Shown: piece after piece, positions 9,036 through 19,600 of the stretch
How positions within the stretch are numbered: the stretch's first letter is position 1
Layout: the number at the start of each line of letters is the position of its first letter
Source of the DNA: an uncultured Oscillospiraceae bacterium
GTDB taxonomy: Bacteria > Bacillota > Clostridia > Oscillospirales > Ruminococcaceae
DNA length: 40,446 nucleotides
Direction: 5' to 3'
Assembly (NCBI GenBank): GCA_964637735.1
Contig: CAZWXJ010000002.1
Span: 288-40,733, forward strand
Notes under the pieces: model-generated
What the model saw: the letters and a program-made list of their open reading frames with translations, nothing else
The model's database searches: none
What the model was told of the DNA's origin: nothing
Made by a program: the position numbers and the translations under genes

Positions 9036-11861
9036 TTATTTGCTAAGTAGTGTTTTTAAGTATTTCCCTGTGTAAGACTTTTTGCTTTTTGCTACTTGTT
9101 CAGGTGTGCCTGACGCTACAATTTTACCGCCTTCATCTCCACCCTCAGGGCCAAGGTCAATCACATAATCAGCTGTTTTAATAACATCAAGGTTATGTTC
9201 AATTACTATTACAGTGTTTCCTTGTTCAACAAGGCGCTCTAAAACATCAATTAGTTTATGTACATCAGCAGTATGCAAACCAGTGGTTGGTTCATCAAGA
9301 ATATAAACCGTTTTACCTGTATCACGTTTGCCAAGTTCTAAAGCAAGTTTTACCCGTTGCGCTTCCCCACCAGAAAGAGTGGTTGCACTTTGCCCTAATT
9401 TAATATAACCAAGCCCAACATCTTGCAAGGTTTGAATACGCCTTTTAATTTTAGGGTGGTTTTCAAAAAAGATAAGTGCTTCATCAACTGTCATTTCAAG
9501 TACATCATAAATGCTTTTCCCTTTGTACTTTACCTCAAGGGTTTCTCTGTTATAGCGTTTACCTTTACACACCTCACAAGGCACAAAAATATCAGGTAAA
9601 AAGTGCATTTCAATTTGTACAATACCATCGCCCTCACATGCTTCGCAGCGCCCACCTTTTACATTGAACGAAAAACGGCTTGACGTATAGCCACGCATTT
9701 TTGCATCTTGCGTTTGTGCAAATACATTGCGAATGTCAGTAAAAACAGATGTATAAGTAGCAGGGTTTGAGCGCGGTGTGCGCCCTATGGGAGATTGATC
9801 AATACCAATAACTTTATCAACATGTTCAAGCCCGAGAATCTCTTTGAATTTACCTGGCTTTATGCGTGCTCCGTTTTTGGTAATGGCCAATATTTTATAT
9901 AAAATTTCATTCACCAATGAGCTTTTTCCTGAACCTGAAAGCCCTGTAACACAAGTTAACACACCAAGCGGAAATTTAACATTAATATTTTTCAAGTTGT
10001 TTTCTTTTGCGCCAACTATTTCAAGAAACTCTCCAGTCCCTTTTCTTCTCTCTTTCGGAATGTTTATCTTCTTTGCACCAGATAAATATTGCCCAGTTAA
10101 ACTTTCTTCACAGTTTTCAATATCACTCAAAGTACCTTTGGCAACCACATTGCCACCATGTACCCCCGCCTCAGGACCAATGTCAACAATGTAATCAGCT
10201 GCACGAATAGTCTCTTCATCATGCTCAACAACAATTAAGGTGTTTCCTAAATCTCGCAGCCGTTGAAGGGTTTTGATTAATTTATTATTGTCAACTTGGT
10301 GTAAACCAATACTCGGTTCATCAAGTACATACAATACGCCTGTTAGTGAGGAACCAATTTGTGTAGCAAGGCGAATGCGCTGGCTTTCTCCACCTGAAAG
10401 CGTTGCAGAGGCCCGTGCCAAAGTTAAGTAACTTAAACCAACATTTACAAGGAAATTCAAGCGCTCTTTTATTTCTTTCAGTACAACATCAGCAATCATG
10501 TGTTCACGTTCGGTCAGTTGCAAGTCTTCAACAAATTTCAGCTCATCACGAATGCTCATTTGCGTAAATTCGCTGATGTTGATACCGCCAACGGTAACAG
10601 CCAAAATTTCAGGTTTTAACCTGTGTCCGTGGCAATCAGGGCATGTAACGGAACTCATTACATTGCTAATTTCTGTACGTACCCATTCACTTTTTGTTTC
10701 ACGAAAGCGGCGTTCTAAATTGGTTATAATACCTTCAAAGTCAGTAAAATACTTACCAGAACCAAATTCGTTTTCACGTTCCATTTGAAATTTCTGCCCG
10801 TTTGTACCATACAATAAAATATTGATAATTTTGTCAGGTAATTCATTCAAAGGGGTGTCTAATGAAAATTTGTAATGGTTTGCAAGCCCTTTGTAGTACA
10901 TTTCAGAAATGGCACCTTCAGCATAGTACCAACCACTTGCTTTCACAGCTCCACCTTTAATGGAAAGGTTCCGGTTTGGAATAACCATATCTGGGTCAAT
11001 TTCAACAAAAGTGCCAAGCCCAGTACATTTCTCGCATGCGCCAAATGGGCTGTTGAACGAGAACATGCGAGGCGTAAGCTCTTCAATACCAATGCCGTGT
11101 TCAGGGCAAGCATAACTTTGTGAAAACAGCATCTCTTCACCGTCAATAACATCTATCATAACGGTACTGCCTGTTAAAGCAAGAGCCACTTCTATTGAAT
11201 CTGCAAGGCGTGAATGAATGTCTTCTGCCATAACAAGGCGGTCAACTACTACTTCAATGTTATGCTTTTTATTTTTATCAAGGGTAATTTCTTCTTCAAT
11301 ATCATAAATTGTGCCGTCAACCCGCACACGTACATACCCTTGCTTTTTGATGTTTTCCAGTTCTTTTTCATGCCTGCCTTTTCTGCCTCGCACTACAGGT
11401 GCAAGTACTTGAAAACGTGTGCCATCAGGTAGTTTCAAAACACTGTCTACCATTTGATCAACCGTCTGTTGTACAATTTCTTTGCCGCAAATGGGGCAAT
11501 GTGGTACGCCAATACGTGCATAAAGTAACCGTAAATAATCATATACTTCTGTAACGGTTCCTACAGTAGAACGTGGGTTTTTAGACGTGGTTTTCTGGTC
11601 AATAGAAATAGCGGGTGAAAGCCCTTCAATAGAGTCTACATCTGGTTTTTCCATTTGCCCTAAAAAATGCCTAGCATAGCTTGAAAGGCTCTCCATATAA
11701 CGTCTTTGCCCATCAGCATATATCGTATCAAACGCAAGCGAGCTTTTCCCTGACCCAGAGATACCAGTCATAACAATCAGTTTATCTCTTGGTAAGGTAA
11801 TATCAATATTTTTTAAATTGTGTTCACGTGCACCTTTTATTACAATTTTATCTTGTGCCAC
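9036..11861 (-). CDS. uvrA: Excinuclease ABC subunit A
   Basis: 941 aa with two ABC ATPase modules ([14 protein letters not shown] and [11 protein letters not shown]), zinc-finger cysteine pairs, and the LSGGESQR / LSGGEAQR signatures. The GTG start is preceded by AGGAGA. Confidence 0.97.
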   Translation of the reverse strand: MAQDKIVIKGAREHNLKNIDITLPRDKLIVMTGISGSGKSSLAFDTIYADGQRRYMESLSSYARHFLGQMEKPDVDSIEGLSPAISIDQKTTSKNPRSTVGTVTEVYDYLRLLYARIGVPHCPICGKEIVQQTVDQMVDSVLKLPDGTRFQVLAPVVRGRKGRHEKELENIKKQGYVRVRVDGTIYDIEEEITLDKNKKHNIEVVVDRLVMAEDIHSRLADSIEVALALTGSTVMIDVIDGEEMLFSQSYACPEHGIGIEELTPRMFSFNSPFGACEKCTGLGTFVEIDPDMVIPNRNLSIKGGAVKASGWYYAEGAISEMYYKGLANHYKFSLDTPLNELPDKIINILLYGTNGQKFQMERENEFGSGKYFTDFEGIITNLERRFRETKSEWVRTEISNVMSSVTCPDCHGHRLKPEILAVTVGGINISEFTQMSIRDELKFVEDLQLTEREHMIADVVLKEIKERLNFLVNVGLSYLTLARASATLSGGESQRIRLATQIGSSLTGVLYVLDEPSIGLHQVDNNKLIKTLQRLRDLGNTLIVVEHDEETIRAADYIVDIGPEAGVHGGNVVAKGTLSDIENCEESLTGQYLSGAKKINIPKERRKGTGEFLEIVGAKENNLKNINVKFPLGVLTCVTGLSGSGKSSLVNEILYKILAITKNGARIKPGKFKEILGLEHVDKVIGIDQSPIGRTPRSNPATYTSVFTDIRNVFAQTQDAKMRGYTSSRFSFNVKGGRCEACEGDGIVQIEMHFLPDIFVPCEVCKGKRYNRETLEVKYKGKSIYDVLEMTVDEALIFFENHPKIKRRIQTLQDVGLGYIKLGQSATTLSGGEAQRVKLALELGKRDTGKTVYILDEPTTGLHTADVHKLIDVLERLVEQGNTVIVIEHNLDVIKTADYVIDLGPEGGDEGGKIVASGTPEQVAKSKKSYTGKYLKTLLSK

Positions 11862-11888
11862 TTCAGCAATTCTCCTAACTATACTCTT

Positions 11889-13847
11889 TTACAATTTTCT
11901 TAATTTTTCAATTCTATCTCTCAAAAATGCTGCATGTTCAAACTCAAGCAGTTTTGCAGCCTCTTTCATTTCTCTGGTTAACCTTGTAATTAATTGTTCT
12001 CTTTCCATTTTAGACATTCGTTTTGCAGGTTTCTCTATGTTTTCATCTTTTGAAGAAATCTCAAGGGTATCTCGAATACCTTTAATAATGGTGGTAGGTG
12101 TAATACCATGTTCTTCATTATATGCTATTTGAATGGCACGTCTACGGTCGGTTTCAGTAATGGCTCGTTCCATAGAGTTCGTAACATTGTCTGCGTACAT
12201 AATAACAACGCCTTCTGCATTTCGTGCAGCACGCCCTATGGTTTGTATTAAAGATGTTTCACTTCGCAAAAAGCCTTCTTTATCAGCATCTAATATAGCT
12301 ACCAGCGAAACTTCAGGCAGGTCAAGCCCTTCTCTTAATAAGTTGATGCCAACTAGTACGTCAATTGCGCCAGTACGTAAATCTCGCAGTAACTCCATGC
12401 GCTCAAAGGTATCCACCTCGTGGTGCATGTACTTTACTTTTACCTTATGTTCGTCTAAAAAGTCAGTTAAATCCTCTGCCATTTTTTTGGTGAGGGTAGT
12501 AACCAGCACACGCTCCCCTTTTTCAGCACGTATATTAATCTCACTTAGCAAGTCATCAATTTGCCCTTCAACAGGTTTTACAATAACAACTGGGTCAATA
12601 AGCCCAGTTGGGCGAATAACTTGCTCCACAATTTGGGTACTGTTTTCACGTTCAAATTTTGCAGGGGTTGCGCTTACAAAAATGCCTTGGTTTAATTTAT
12701 CAAATGTTTCATCAAACGTTAACGGGCGGTTGTCAAAAGCAGAGGGCAATCGAAACCCAAAATTCACAAGGTTTTCTTTGCGTGCACGGTCGCCACCGTA
12801 CATCGCATGCAGTTGCGGCAGCATAACATGAGATTCATCTACAAACAACACAAAATCATCAGGGAAATAATCAAGTAGTGTAGAAGGGATACTACCTTCT
12901 GGGCGTCGTGAAAGCACACGGCTATAGTTTTCAATTCCCTTACATACGCCAACTTCTGTAAGCATTTCAATGTCATACAGCGTACGCTGTGCAATGCGCT
13001 GTGCTTCTATCAATTTACCTTCTTCAGTAAAGTTCTTTACACGTATATCCATTTCATCTTTTAAGTCTTGTATTGCTTCTTGCATTTTTTCTTGCGGTAC
13101 AATGTAATGCGATGCCGGGAAAATAACCGCATGCTTTAATATTAATGTGCGCTCACCAGTTAACGGTACAATATAGCTTATTTTGTCAATTTCATCTCCA
13201 AAAAACTCAACACGAAATGCAATTTCATTGTGATATGCAGGAAATATTTCTACAACATCTCCACGTACTCTGAACTTGTTACGAATGAAATTCAAATCGT
13301 TGCGTTCGTATTGTAAATCAACCAATCGTGAAACAAGTTGTTCACGTGTCATCTTCATGCCAGGGCGAAGGGATATAACCATGCTACGGTAATCAATTGG
13401 GTCCCCTAAAGAGTAAATGCAAGAAACACTCGCAACAATAATAACATCTCGCCTTTCTGAAAGCGCTGCTGTTGCTGAGTGTCGCAGTCTGTCAATTTCT
13501 TCATTTATAGCACTGTCTTTTTCAATATAAGTATCAGAAGATGGGATATAAGCTTCTGGTTGGTAATAATCATAATAGCTAACAAAATATTCAACTGCGT
13601 TTTCAGGGAAAAATTCTCTGAATTCTGTACACAATTGTGCAGCCAATGTTTTATTATGTGCAAGCACCAAAGTAGGTCTATTTACATTTGCAATAACATT
13701 TGCCATTGTAAATGTTTTTCCTGAGCCTGTTACCCCCATCAGAGATTGAAATTTATCTCCCCTTAATAACCCTTCCGTCAACTTTTCAATGGCATACGGT
13801 TGGTCACCAGTTGGCACATATTCAGAAACCAGTTTAAATTTGTCCAT
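11889..13847 (-). CDS. uvrB: Excinuclease ABC subunit B
   Basis: 652 aa with helicase motif [11 protein letters not shown], a DESH box, and the C-terminal UVR domain ([13 protein letters not shown]). RBS AGGAGA lies within the 9-nt gap after radC. Confidence 0.97.
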   Translation of the reverse strand: MDKFKLVSEYVPTGDQPYAIEKLTEGLLRGDKFQSLMGVTGSGKTFTMANVIANVNRPTLVLAHNKTLAAQLCTEFREFFPENAVEYFVSYYDYYQPEAYIPSSDTYIEKDSAINEEIDRLRHSATAALSERRDVIIVASVSCIYSLGDPIDYRSMVISLRPGMKMTREQLVSRLVDLQYERNDLNFIRNKFRVRGDVVEIFPAYHNEIAFRVEFFGDEIDKISYIVPLTGERTLILKHAVIFPASHYIVPQEKMQEAIQDLKDEMDIRVKNFTEEGKLIEAQRIAQRTLYDIEMLTEVGVCKGIENYSRVLSRRPEGSIPSTLLDYFPDDFVLFVDESHVMLPQLHAMYGGDRARKENLVNFGFRLPSAFDNRPLTFDETFDKLNQGIFVSATPAKFERENSTQIVEQVIRPTGLIDPVVIVKPVEGQIDDLLSEINIRAEKGERVLVTTLTKKMAEDLTDFLDEHKVKVKYMHHEVDTFERMELLRDLRTGAIDVLVGINLLREGLDLPEVSLVAILDADKEGFLRSETSLIQTIGRAARNAEGVVIMYADNVTNSMERAITETDRRRAIQIAYNEEHGITPTTIIKGIRDTLEISSKDENIEKPAKRMSKMEREQLITRLTREMKEAAKLLEFEHAAFLRDRIEKLRKL

Positions 13848-13856
13848 AGCTCTCCT

Positions 13857-14522
13857 TTAATTCATATCCGCAATCGAGACATAACTTGTATTATGAATGA
13901 TTAAATGGTCTAACAACTCAACTTGTATATGTTTTAATATATCTCTCGCTTCATTTGTTATTTGTATATCTTCTTTTGAAGGTGCAGGGTTTCCAGCGGG
14001 GTGGTTATGTGCTAAAATAACAGCAGTTGCATTTGTATGAATCACTTCTGTAATCACTTTTTTTAACGTAATTTGTGTGCTATTTACAATCCCCTCTGAC
14101 ACTTTCGTAATGCGTATAAGTTGTTTTTTATCATTCAAACTTAACACAAACAACATTTCTGCAGTTGCACCAATAAAATAAGGTGTTAACAATTTTGCCG
14201 CCTTATCAACCGAATTAACAATCGGGTGTTCTTGTTCTTTTGACTTTAAATAGTACCCAAATGCATTCGGCAACATTTTTAAAAATACAGCAGTTGACTC
14301 TCCTACGTCTTCTACACAAACAAGTTCTTCATAAGAAGCATCTAACACCGCACTGAATGACCCAAAGCGGTCAATCAACCTATGTGCTAAAGCATTTGTG
14401 TCTTTTCTGGGGCTTGTGTAATAAAGTAGTAATTCCAGCGCATTGTGCGGTGCTAAATTTTCAAAGCCAGCTTTTAAAAGCTGCTTACGCATGCGGTTTC
14501 TATGTCCATCATGTATACTCAA
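13857..14522 (-). CDS. radC: RadC-family JAB/MPN-domain protein
   Basis: N-terminal IHDGHRNRMRKQ block and JAB metal motif HNHPAGNPAPSKEDI. The ORF track starts at GTG 14573. I prefer TTG at 14522 (M-SIHDGHR...), which follows GGGGAAGGGTG by about 8 nt and matches the usual RadC N-terminus. Confidence 0.85.
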   Translation of the reverse strand: MSIHDGHRNRMRKQLLKAGFENLAPHNALELLLYYTSPRKDTNALAHRLIDRFGSFSAVLDASYEELVCVEDVGESTAVFLKMLPNAFGYYLKSKEQEHPIVNSVDKAAKLLTPYFIGATAEMLFVLSLNDKKQLIRITKVSEGIVNSTQITLKKVITEVIHTNATAVILAHNHPAGNPAPSKEDIQITNEARDILKHIQVELLDHLIIHNTSYVSIADMN

Positions 14523-14612
14523 ACAATTGCACCCTTCCCCATTAAAAGTCCAACTATAATTATACACCACCACTGCAAATAAAAAAAGTATTTAAGGGCA
14601 GGTTTACATACT

Positions 14613-15587
14613 GTGAAAGAATTTACAGCAGGAAAAAATGAAAATAATATGCGTCTTTCTCGCTTTGTAGAAAAGATGTGCCCTTACATGCCAAAATCTT
14701 TGCTATATAAAAGCTTTCGTAACGGGCGCATAAAAGTCAATAACAAAAAAGAAACAGCCGACTACCGTATTAAAGAAAATGACGTTCTTACTTTATATAT
14801 CAACGATGAATTTTTTATTGATTCGTTGGATTTCAATACAAACAATGGAAAATCTTCTTCTTTAGCGCACACGCCTTTATCAGCTGACCGTATTGTTTAT
14901 GAAGATGATGCTATTTTAATAGCCCATAAACCTGCTGGTGTTTTGGTTCATAGTGACCATACCAAAGACGAAACCTTGCAAGAAATGGTGATTGCATACT
15001 TAATACAAGAAAAAAAGTATAGTATTTCAGTAGAACAAACATTCCACCCTACGCCTTGTAATAGGCTTGATAGAGGCACTGAAGGGCTTGTTATCTTCGC
15101 AAAAAGCTATGCCGCACTGCAAGAGATGAATCATCTTATAAAAGCGGGAGATGTGAGTAAATACTATATGTGTATTGTTGAAGGTATGCCCATAAACGGT
15201 ATTCACATTGCCCATTTAAAAAGAGACTTAATGGCTAAGAAAGTAACTGTAAAGGAAAAGTACTTTCAAGGGGCAAAAGAGATACAAACGCAAGTGAAAA
15301 TTATTGATATAAAAAACAGGTATGCATTACTAGAAATTAGCTTATTAACAGGGCGCACGCACCAAATTCGGGCACATTTAGCGTACCTTGGTACCCCTAT
15401 TTTAGGTGACAATAAGTACGGAAACATAACACTAAATAAAAAGCTGCATTTAAAAAACCAGCTACTTTGCGCCTACAAACTTACCTTTTCTAAAAACTTT
15501 TTAAAAAGTGCAGAATTAAAGCAACTTGCGGGAAAAATGGTAGAACTTACCTCCCCTTCTATATTCAAAATATTTAAAGACATATAA
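14613..15587 (+). CDS. RluA-family (RluC/D-like) pseudouridine synthase with an S4-like N-terminus
   Basis: 324 aa from a GTG start. The catalytic block is NRLDRGTEGLVIFAK and the downstream block is TGRTHQIRAHLA. The N-terminus (KEFTAGKNENNMRLSRFVEKM..P.SLLYKSFRNGRIKVNNKK) matches the S4-like lead-in I know from clostridial RluA-family proteins. Confidence 0.85.
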   Translation: MKEFTAGKNENNMRLSRFVEKMCPYMPKSLLYKSFRNGRIKVNNKKETADYRIKENDVLTLYINDEFFIDSLDFNTNNGKSSSLAHTPLSADRIVYEDDAILIAHKPAGVLVHSDHTKDETLQEMVIAYLIQEKKYSISVEQTFHPTPCNRLDRGTEGLVIFAKSYAALQEMNHLIKAGDVSKYYMCIVEGMPINGIHIAHLKRDLMAKKVTVKEKYFQGAKEIQTQVKIIDIKNRYALLEISLLTGRTHQIRAHLAYLGTPILGDNKYGNITLNKKLHLKNQLLCAYKLTFSKNFLKSAELKQLAGKMVELTSPSIFKIFKDI

Positions 15588-15596
15588 CTATTTTAC

Positions 15597-15632
15597 AAAA
15601 AAACCATGACATCTGTATGTCATGGTTTTATA
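15597..15632. terminator. Perfect hairpin acting as a bidirectional intrinsic terminator after the rluA-family gene
   Basis: aaaaccatgacat / ctgt / atgtcatggtttt has 13-bp perfect arms (15600-15612 and 15617-15629) and a 4-nt loop, flanked by an A-run and a T-run. Confidence 0.7.
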
Positions 15633-15667
15633 ATATATTTACAGAATTGCAAAAATTGGAGGCTTAT

Positions 15668-16588
15668 ATGAAAATTGATCGGTTAATAGCCATTATTATG
15701 TTACTTTTACAACAAGATAAAATAAGCGCATCAACCCTGTCAGAAAAGCTAGGTGTAACGGTACGCACCATATACCGAGATGTAGAAACACTAAGCCTTG
15801 CTGGCATACCCATTGTTACCTACCCAGGTGTAAATGGCGGTATTGCTATATTAGAAGAATATAAAGTCGACAAACACCTCTTCACCAAAGAGGATATAAC
15901 AGTTTTGGTAAATAGCTTAGCAAGTATTCCTTCTGGGTTGTCAAACACAGCGCAAAAAAATACGGTTGCAAAATTACAAAGCTTTTTGCCTGACATTGAT
16001 ATCTCTGCAGGGAAAATAATGATTGACCCTACCCCCTGGGGCGAAACATCAAAAACATCTGTAGATTTACTACAAATACAAGACGCTTTAACAAATAATT
16101 ATGTTGTTTGCTTCAATTATACACGATATGACGGCACACAAACTACACGTACTGTTGAACCTGGGCGCTTGATATTAAAAGGGTTTGCATGGTATTTACA
16201 GGGGTATTGCACCCTGCGAAAAGATTTTCGCATTTTCAAACTATCTCGTATTGACAGTTTAATCGTTTTAAATGAAACATTTATACCAAAAAAATTGCCT
16301 GATGTAGAAATCAATGATATGCAGCCTACCCATGAACAAACCCCGTCTATTGAAATTCAATTAAAAATAAAACCTGTTTTAAAGGCAATGCTAGAAGATA
16401 TTTGTGGGCCAGGGAACATATCAGTTTTACCAAGTGGTGACTTTCTAGCAAATATGATGTTTGATGAAAGCGAATGGGCTTACAATTATTTACTAGGCTT
16501 TGGTGAAAATTGTGAATGTTTAAGTCCAGCTCATGTGCGAGAGAAGTTATCAAAGAAAATAACTGTTATGCAAGCGTTATATAATTAA
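15668..16588 (+). CDS. HTH-WYL-domain transcriptional regulator (YafY/PafBC/DriD-like architecture)
   Basis: The start is ATG 15668 (MKIDRLIAIIMLL), 7 nt after GGAGG; the ORF-track start at 15617 lies inside the terminator hairpin. The N-terminal wHTH is STLSEKLGVTVRTIYRDVETLSLAGIPI. The WYL domain carries a literal WYL (GFAWYLQGYCTLRKDFRIFKLSRI), followed by a C-terminal extension. Confidence 0.85.
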   Translation: MKIDRLIAIIMLLLQQDKISASTLSEKLGVTVRTIYRDVETLSLAGIPIVTYPGVNGGIAILEEYKVDKHLFTKEDITVLVNSLASIPSGLSNTAQKNTVAKLQSFLPDIDISAGKIMIDPTPWGETSKTSVDLLQIQDALTNNYVVCFNYTRYDGTQTTRTVEPGRLILKGFAWYLQGYCTLRKDFRIFKLSRIDSLIVLNETFIPKKLPDVEINDMQPTHEQTPSIEIQLKIKPVLKAMLEDICGPGNISVLPSGDFLANMMFDESEWAYNYLLGFGENCECLSPAHVREKLSKKITVMQALYN

Positions 16589-16595
16589 AAATTGT

Positions 16596-16635
16596 AAAAA
16601 AGAAGTGCGCATTTCATCATGCACACTTCTTTTTT
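16596..16635. terminator. Bidirectional intrinsic terminator between the convergent WYL-regulator gene and polC
   Basis: In aaaaaagaagtgcgca...tgcacacttctttttt the stem is 7 bp, one mismatch, then 4 bp. It is flanked by A6 and T6. Confidence 0.6.
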
Positions 16636-16640
16636 ATTTG

Positions 16641-19600
16641 TTAAAAGCCAAATAGAGATATCTGTGCAGAAGCAGGCAAATCTCCAAACACGCCTGCATT
16701 TCGTAAAGATTCCATGACAGCGCTAGAAACACCAGCCTTTTGTTGCAATTCATCTTGAGATAAAAACTCGCTTTGCTCACCACAAGCCTGTTCTAGTGAA
16801 CTGGCTGCATTTTCCCCAATTCCTTTTAAAGAGTTAAAAGGTAAGCGAATTTTTCCATCTTCAATAACATATTTTTTTGCTTTACTTTTTTGTAAATCGA
16901 TAGGCAAAAAAGCAAACCCACGTGATAAAAGCTCGCATAATATTTGCAAAGATGCATACACGTCTTCATCTTTTGCGGTGTGCTCTTCTTTCAATTTCAT
17001 GGCCATTTCTTTTAGCTTTTGTTGTGCAACTTTTTTACCGCCCATAGCTGCATCATAGTCAATATCATCACCCCGAACAGTAAAGTAAGTAGCATAAAAA
17101 GCAAGCGGATGATAAAGTTTGAACCACATGCACCGCACCGCTGCAATTAAATAAGCAACTGCATGCGCCTTTGGGAACATGTATTTTATTTTTCGGCAAC
17201 TTTCTAAATACCAAGCAGGCACATTGTGTTGGCGCAGCAATTCTTCTTTTCCATCAGGGAATCCTTTTTCTGCTATTTTGCCTTTTCTGGTAAGTTCCAT
17301 AATATCAAACGCATCTTTTGCGGGTACACCTTGCCGCATTAAATAAGTCATAATGCCGTCACGTGTACTAATTACATTCGAAATGGTACACGTACCGTCT
17401 CGAATCAACTCTTGCGCATTCCCTGTCCATACGTCTGTACCATGTGAAAGCCCTGAAATATGAATTAAATCAGAAAAATTCTTTGGCTGCGCTTCAATTA
17501 ACATTTGGCGTACAAAATTGGTGCCAAGTTCCGGTATGCCAAAAGTACCCGTTTCACTTTGAATATCTTCTGGCGTAATGCCAAGTGCCTTGGTAGACGT
17601 CAGCAAAGATATTACATCAGGGTCATTCATAGGTACTTCATCCATTTTAATACCCGTCATATCCTCCAAGTATTTATACATAGTCGGAACATCATGTCCA
17701 AGTTCATCAAGTTTTAACAGAGTATCATGTAGATATTTAAACTCAAAATGAGTTGTTAGAACACCTTTATCTTTATCATCTGCAGGGTGTTGAATAGGGC
17801 AGAAATCATATATTTCTTTATCATTCGGTACAACAACCATACCGCCTGGGTGCTGCCCTGTGGTACGTTTTACACCTGTGCAACCAAGCACAAGCCGTTG
17901 CTCTTCTGCCTTATTAATAATTTTTCCACGTTCTTCTAAATACTTTCTCACATAGCCATATGCCGTTTTGTCTTGCAAGCCAGATATTGTACCTGCCTTA
18001 AAAACATATTCTTTCCCAAAAAGTTCTTCTGTATATCGGTGAGATTCTGCTTGAAAATCCCCAGAAAAGTTTAAGTCAATATCGGGTTCTTTGTCTCCAT
18101 CAAACCCCAAAAACGTTTCAAATGGAATGTCATGCCCATCCACTTCAAGTTTTGTATGGCAATGTGGGCATTCTCTATCAGGTAAGTCAAATCCATCTTC
18201 CACTTCCCCATCTTCATAAAACTCACTCCATTGGCACTGTGGGCATACATAGTGTGGAGGCAAAGAATTTACTTCAGAAATACCTGCAAAATGTGCGACA
18301 GCGGAAGAACCTACAGACCCACGTGAACCAACCAAATACCCGTTTTTTTCACTGTGCTTTACAAGTTTTTGCGCAATAACATATAAACTAGCAAACCCAT
18401 GTTTAATAATCGAATCAAGCTCTCTATCTAAGCGATTTTGTACAATAGTGGGTAATGGGCTTCCATATTTTGTTTCAGCGTTTTGCAATGTATCTTTTCT
18501 TAACATTTCATCAGCTTCATCAATGGTAGGCGCAAAAGTTCCTTTTGGTATCGCCCTTGTATCTACATCAACTAGTGCAGCAATTTTGTTAGGGTTTGTC
18601 ACCACTACTTCAAATGCTCTTTCTTCACCAAGGTAAGCAAATTCTTCAAGCATATCATCAGTCGTTCTAAAGTATAAAGGTGGTTGTTCGTCGGCGTCTT
18701 TAAAGCCTTGCCCTGCCATAAGTACAGAACGATATATACTGTCTTCTGGGTTCATAAAATGCACATCACCTGTGGCAACGCAAAGTTTTCCAAGTGCATC
18801 AGCAATTTTCAAAATGGTTTTGTTATATTCTTGCAGTTCTTTTATATCTTTTGCAAACCCTTCACGCATTAAGAATGCATTATTGCCAACAGGCTGTATC
18901 TCTAAGTAATCATAATACTCTGCAATTTTACAAAGTTCATCAAAGTTTGCACCATCAACCATTGCCCGAAATAATTCCCCTGCCTCACAGGCACTACCAA
19001 CAAGCAAACCTTCTCTATGCTTATTCAGCAAACTTTTGGGTATGCGTGGTGTTTTATAAAAATGGTCTATATGAGATGCAGATATAAGTTTATACAAATT
19101 CTTAATACCTGTTTGGTTAGTTGCAAGCAAAATCATATGGAAAGACCGCTTTGACTTTGCAGTGTTCTCACCAATACCTGTATTAATTTCTTGTGTTGTT
19201 TTTATATTACGTGCTTCAAGTTCGTCTATTAGCTTAATAAACGCCTTCGCTAAAACGTTTGCATCTTCCATTGCTCTATGGTGGTCAAATGTACCAACAT
19301 CTAAATGTTTTACAATCGTGTCAAGCCTATAGTTTTTCAAGCCACGCAAAATGGTTTGTGCCAAAGGCAGTGTGTCAATATAAGTGTTTTCACAAGGTAA
19401 ATTTGCATTTTCAGCAGCAATTTTTATAAAGCGCATATCAAACCCATGTGCATTATGTGCCACTAAGGTTCTTCCATTTGCAAATTCTAAAAACTGTTTT
19501 ATTGCCTCTGCTTGAGACGGCGCATCTTCAACCATTTCATTGGTAATACCAGTAAGTTCTGTTATTTTTGCACTAATTTCTGTGTCAGGTTTTACAAAGG

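Noticed and set aside
10943-11152. 69-aa same-strand, out-of-frame ORF inside uvrA. A similar 64-aa ORF lies at 25234..25428 inside uppS.
   Set aside because: Each is embedded in a conserved coding region, with no RBS and no recognisable motif. They are most likely chance open frames.
12133-12831. 232-aa plus-strand ORF antisense to uvrB. There are similar long antisense ORFs at 20308..20973 (221 aa, in polC), 25766..26332 (188 aa, in uppS/frr), 2779..3252, 4045..4467, 5875..6369, 9844..10194, 22024..22389 and 34922..35284.
   Set aside because: All lie entirely inside strongly supported minus-strand genes with unmistakable family motifs. Their products are low-complexity Ser/Phe/Leu/Ile-rich strings, as expected when reading AT-rich codons backwards. 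None has a convincing RBS. They are shadow ORFs.
14523-14612. I looked for a LexA (Cheo-type GAAC-N4-GTTC) box upstream of radC-uvrBA. I also looked in 8934..9035 and in the last 250 nt of radC.
   Set aside because: There is no GAAC or GTTC tetranucleotide in 14523..14612. The only nearby GTTC pair (about 14228-14240, gttcttgttc) has the wrong symmetry. I report this as an absence and use it only as context for the WYL finding. Eye-scanning could still miss a degenerate site.
15617-15667. Upstream start for the WYL regulator (MSWFYNIFTELQKLEAY).
   Set aside because: That start codon lies inside the terminator hairpin and upstream of the TATAAT box. GGAGG precedes the ATG at 15668, which begins the wHTH domain.
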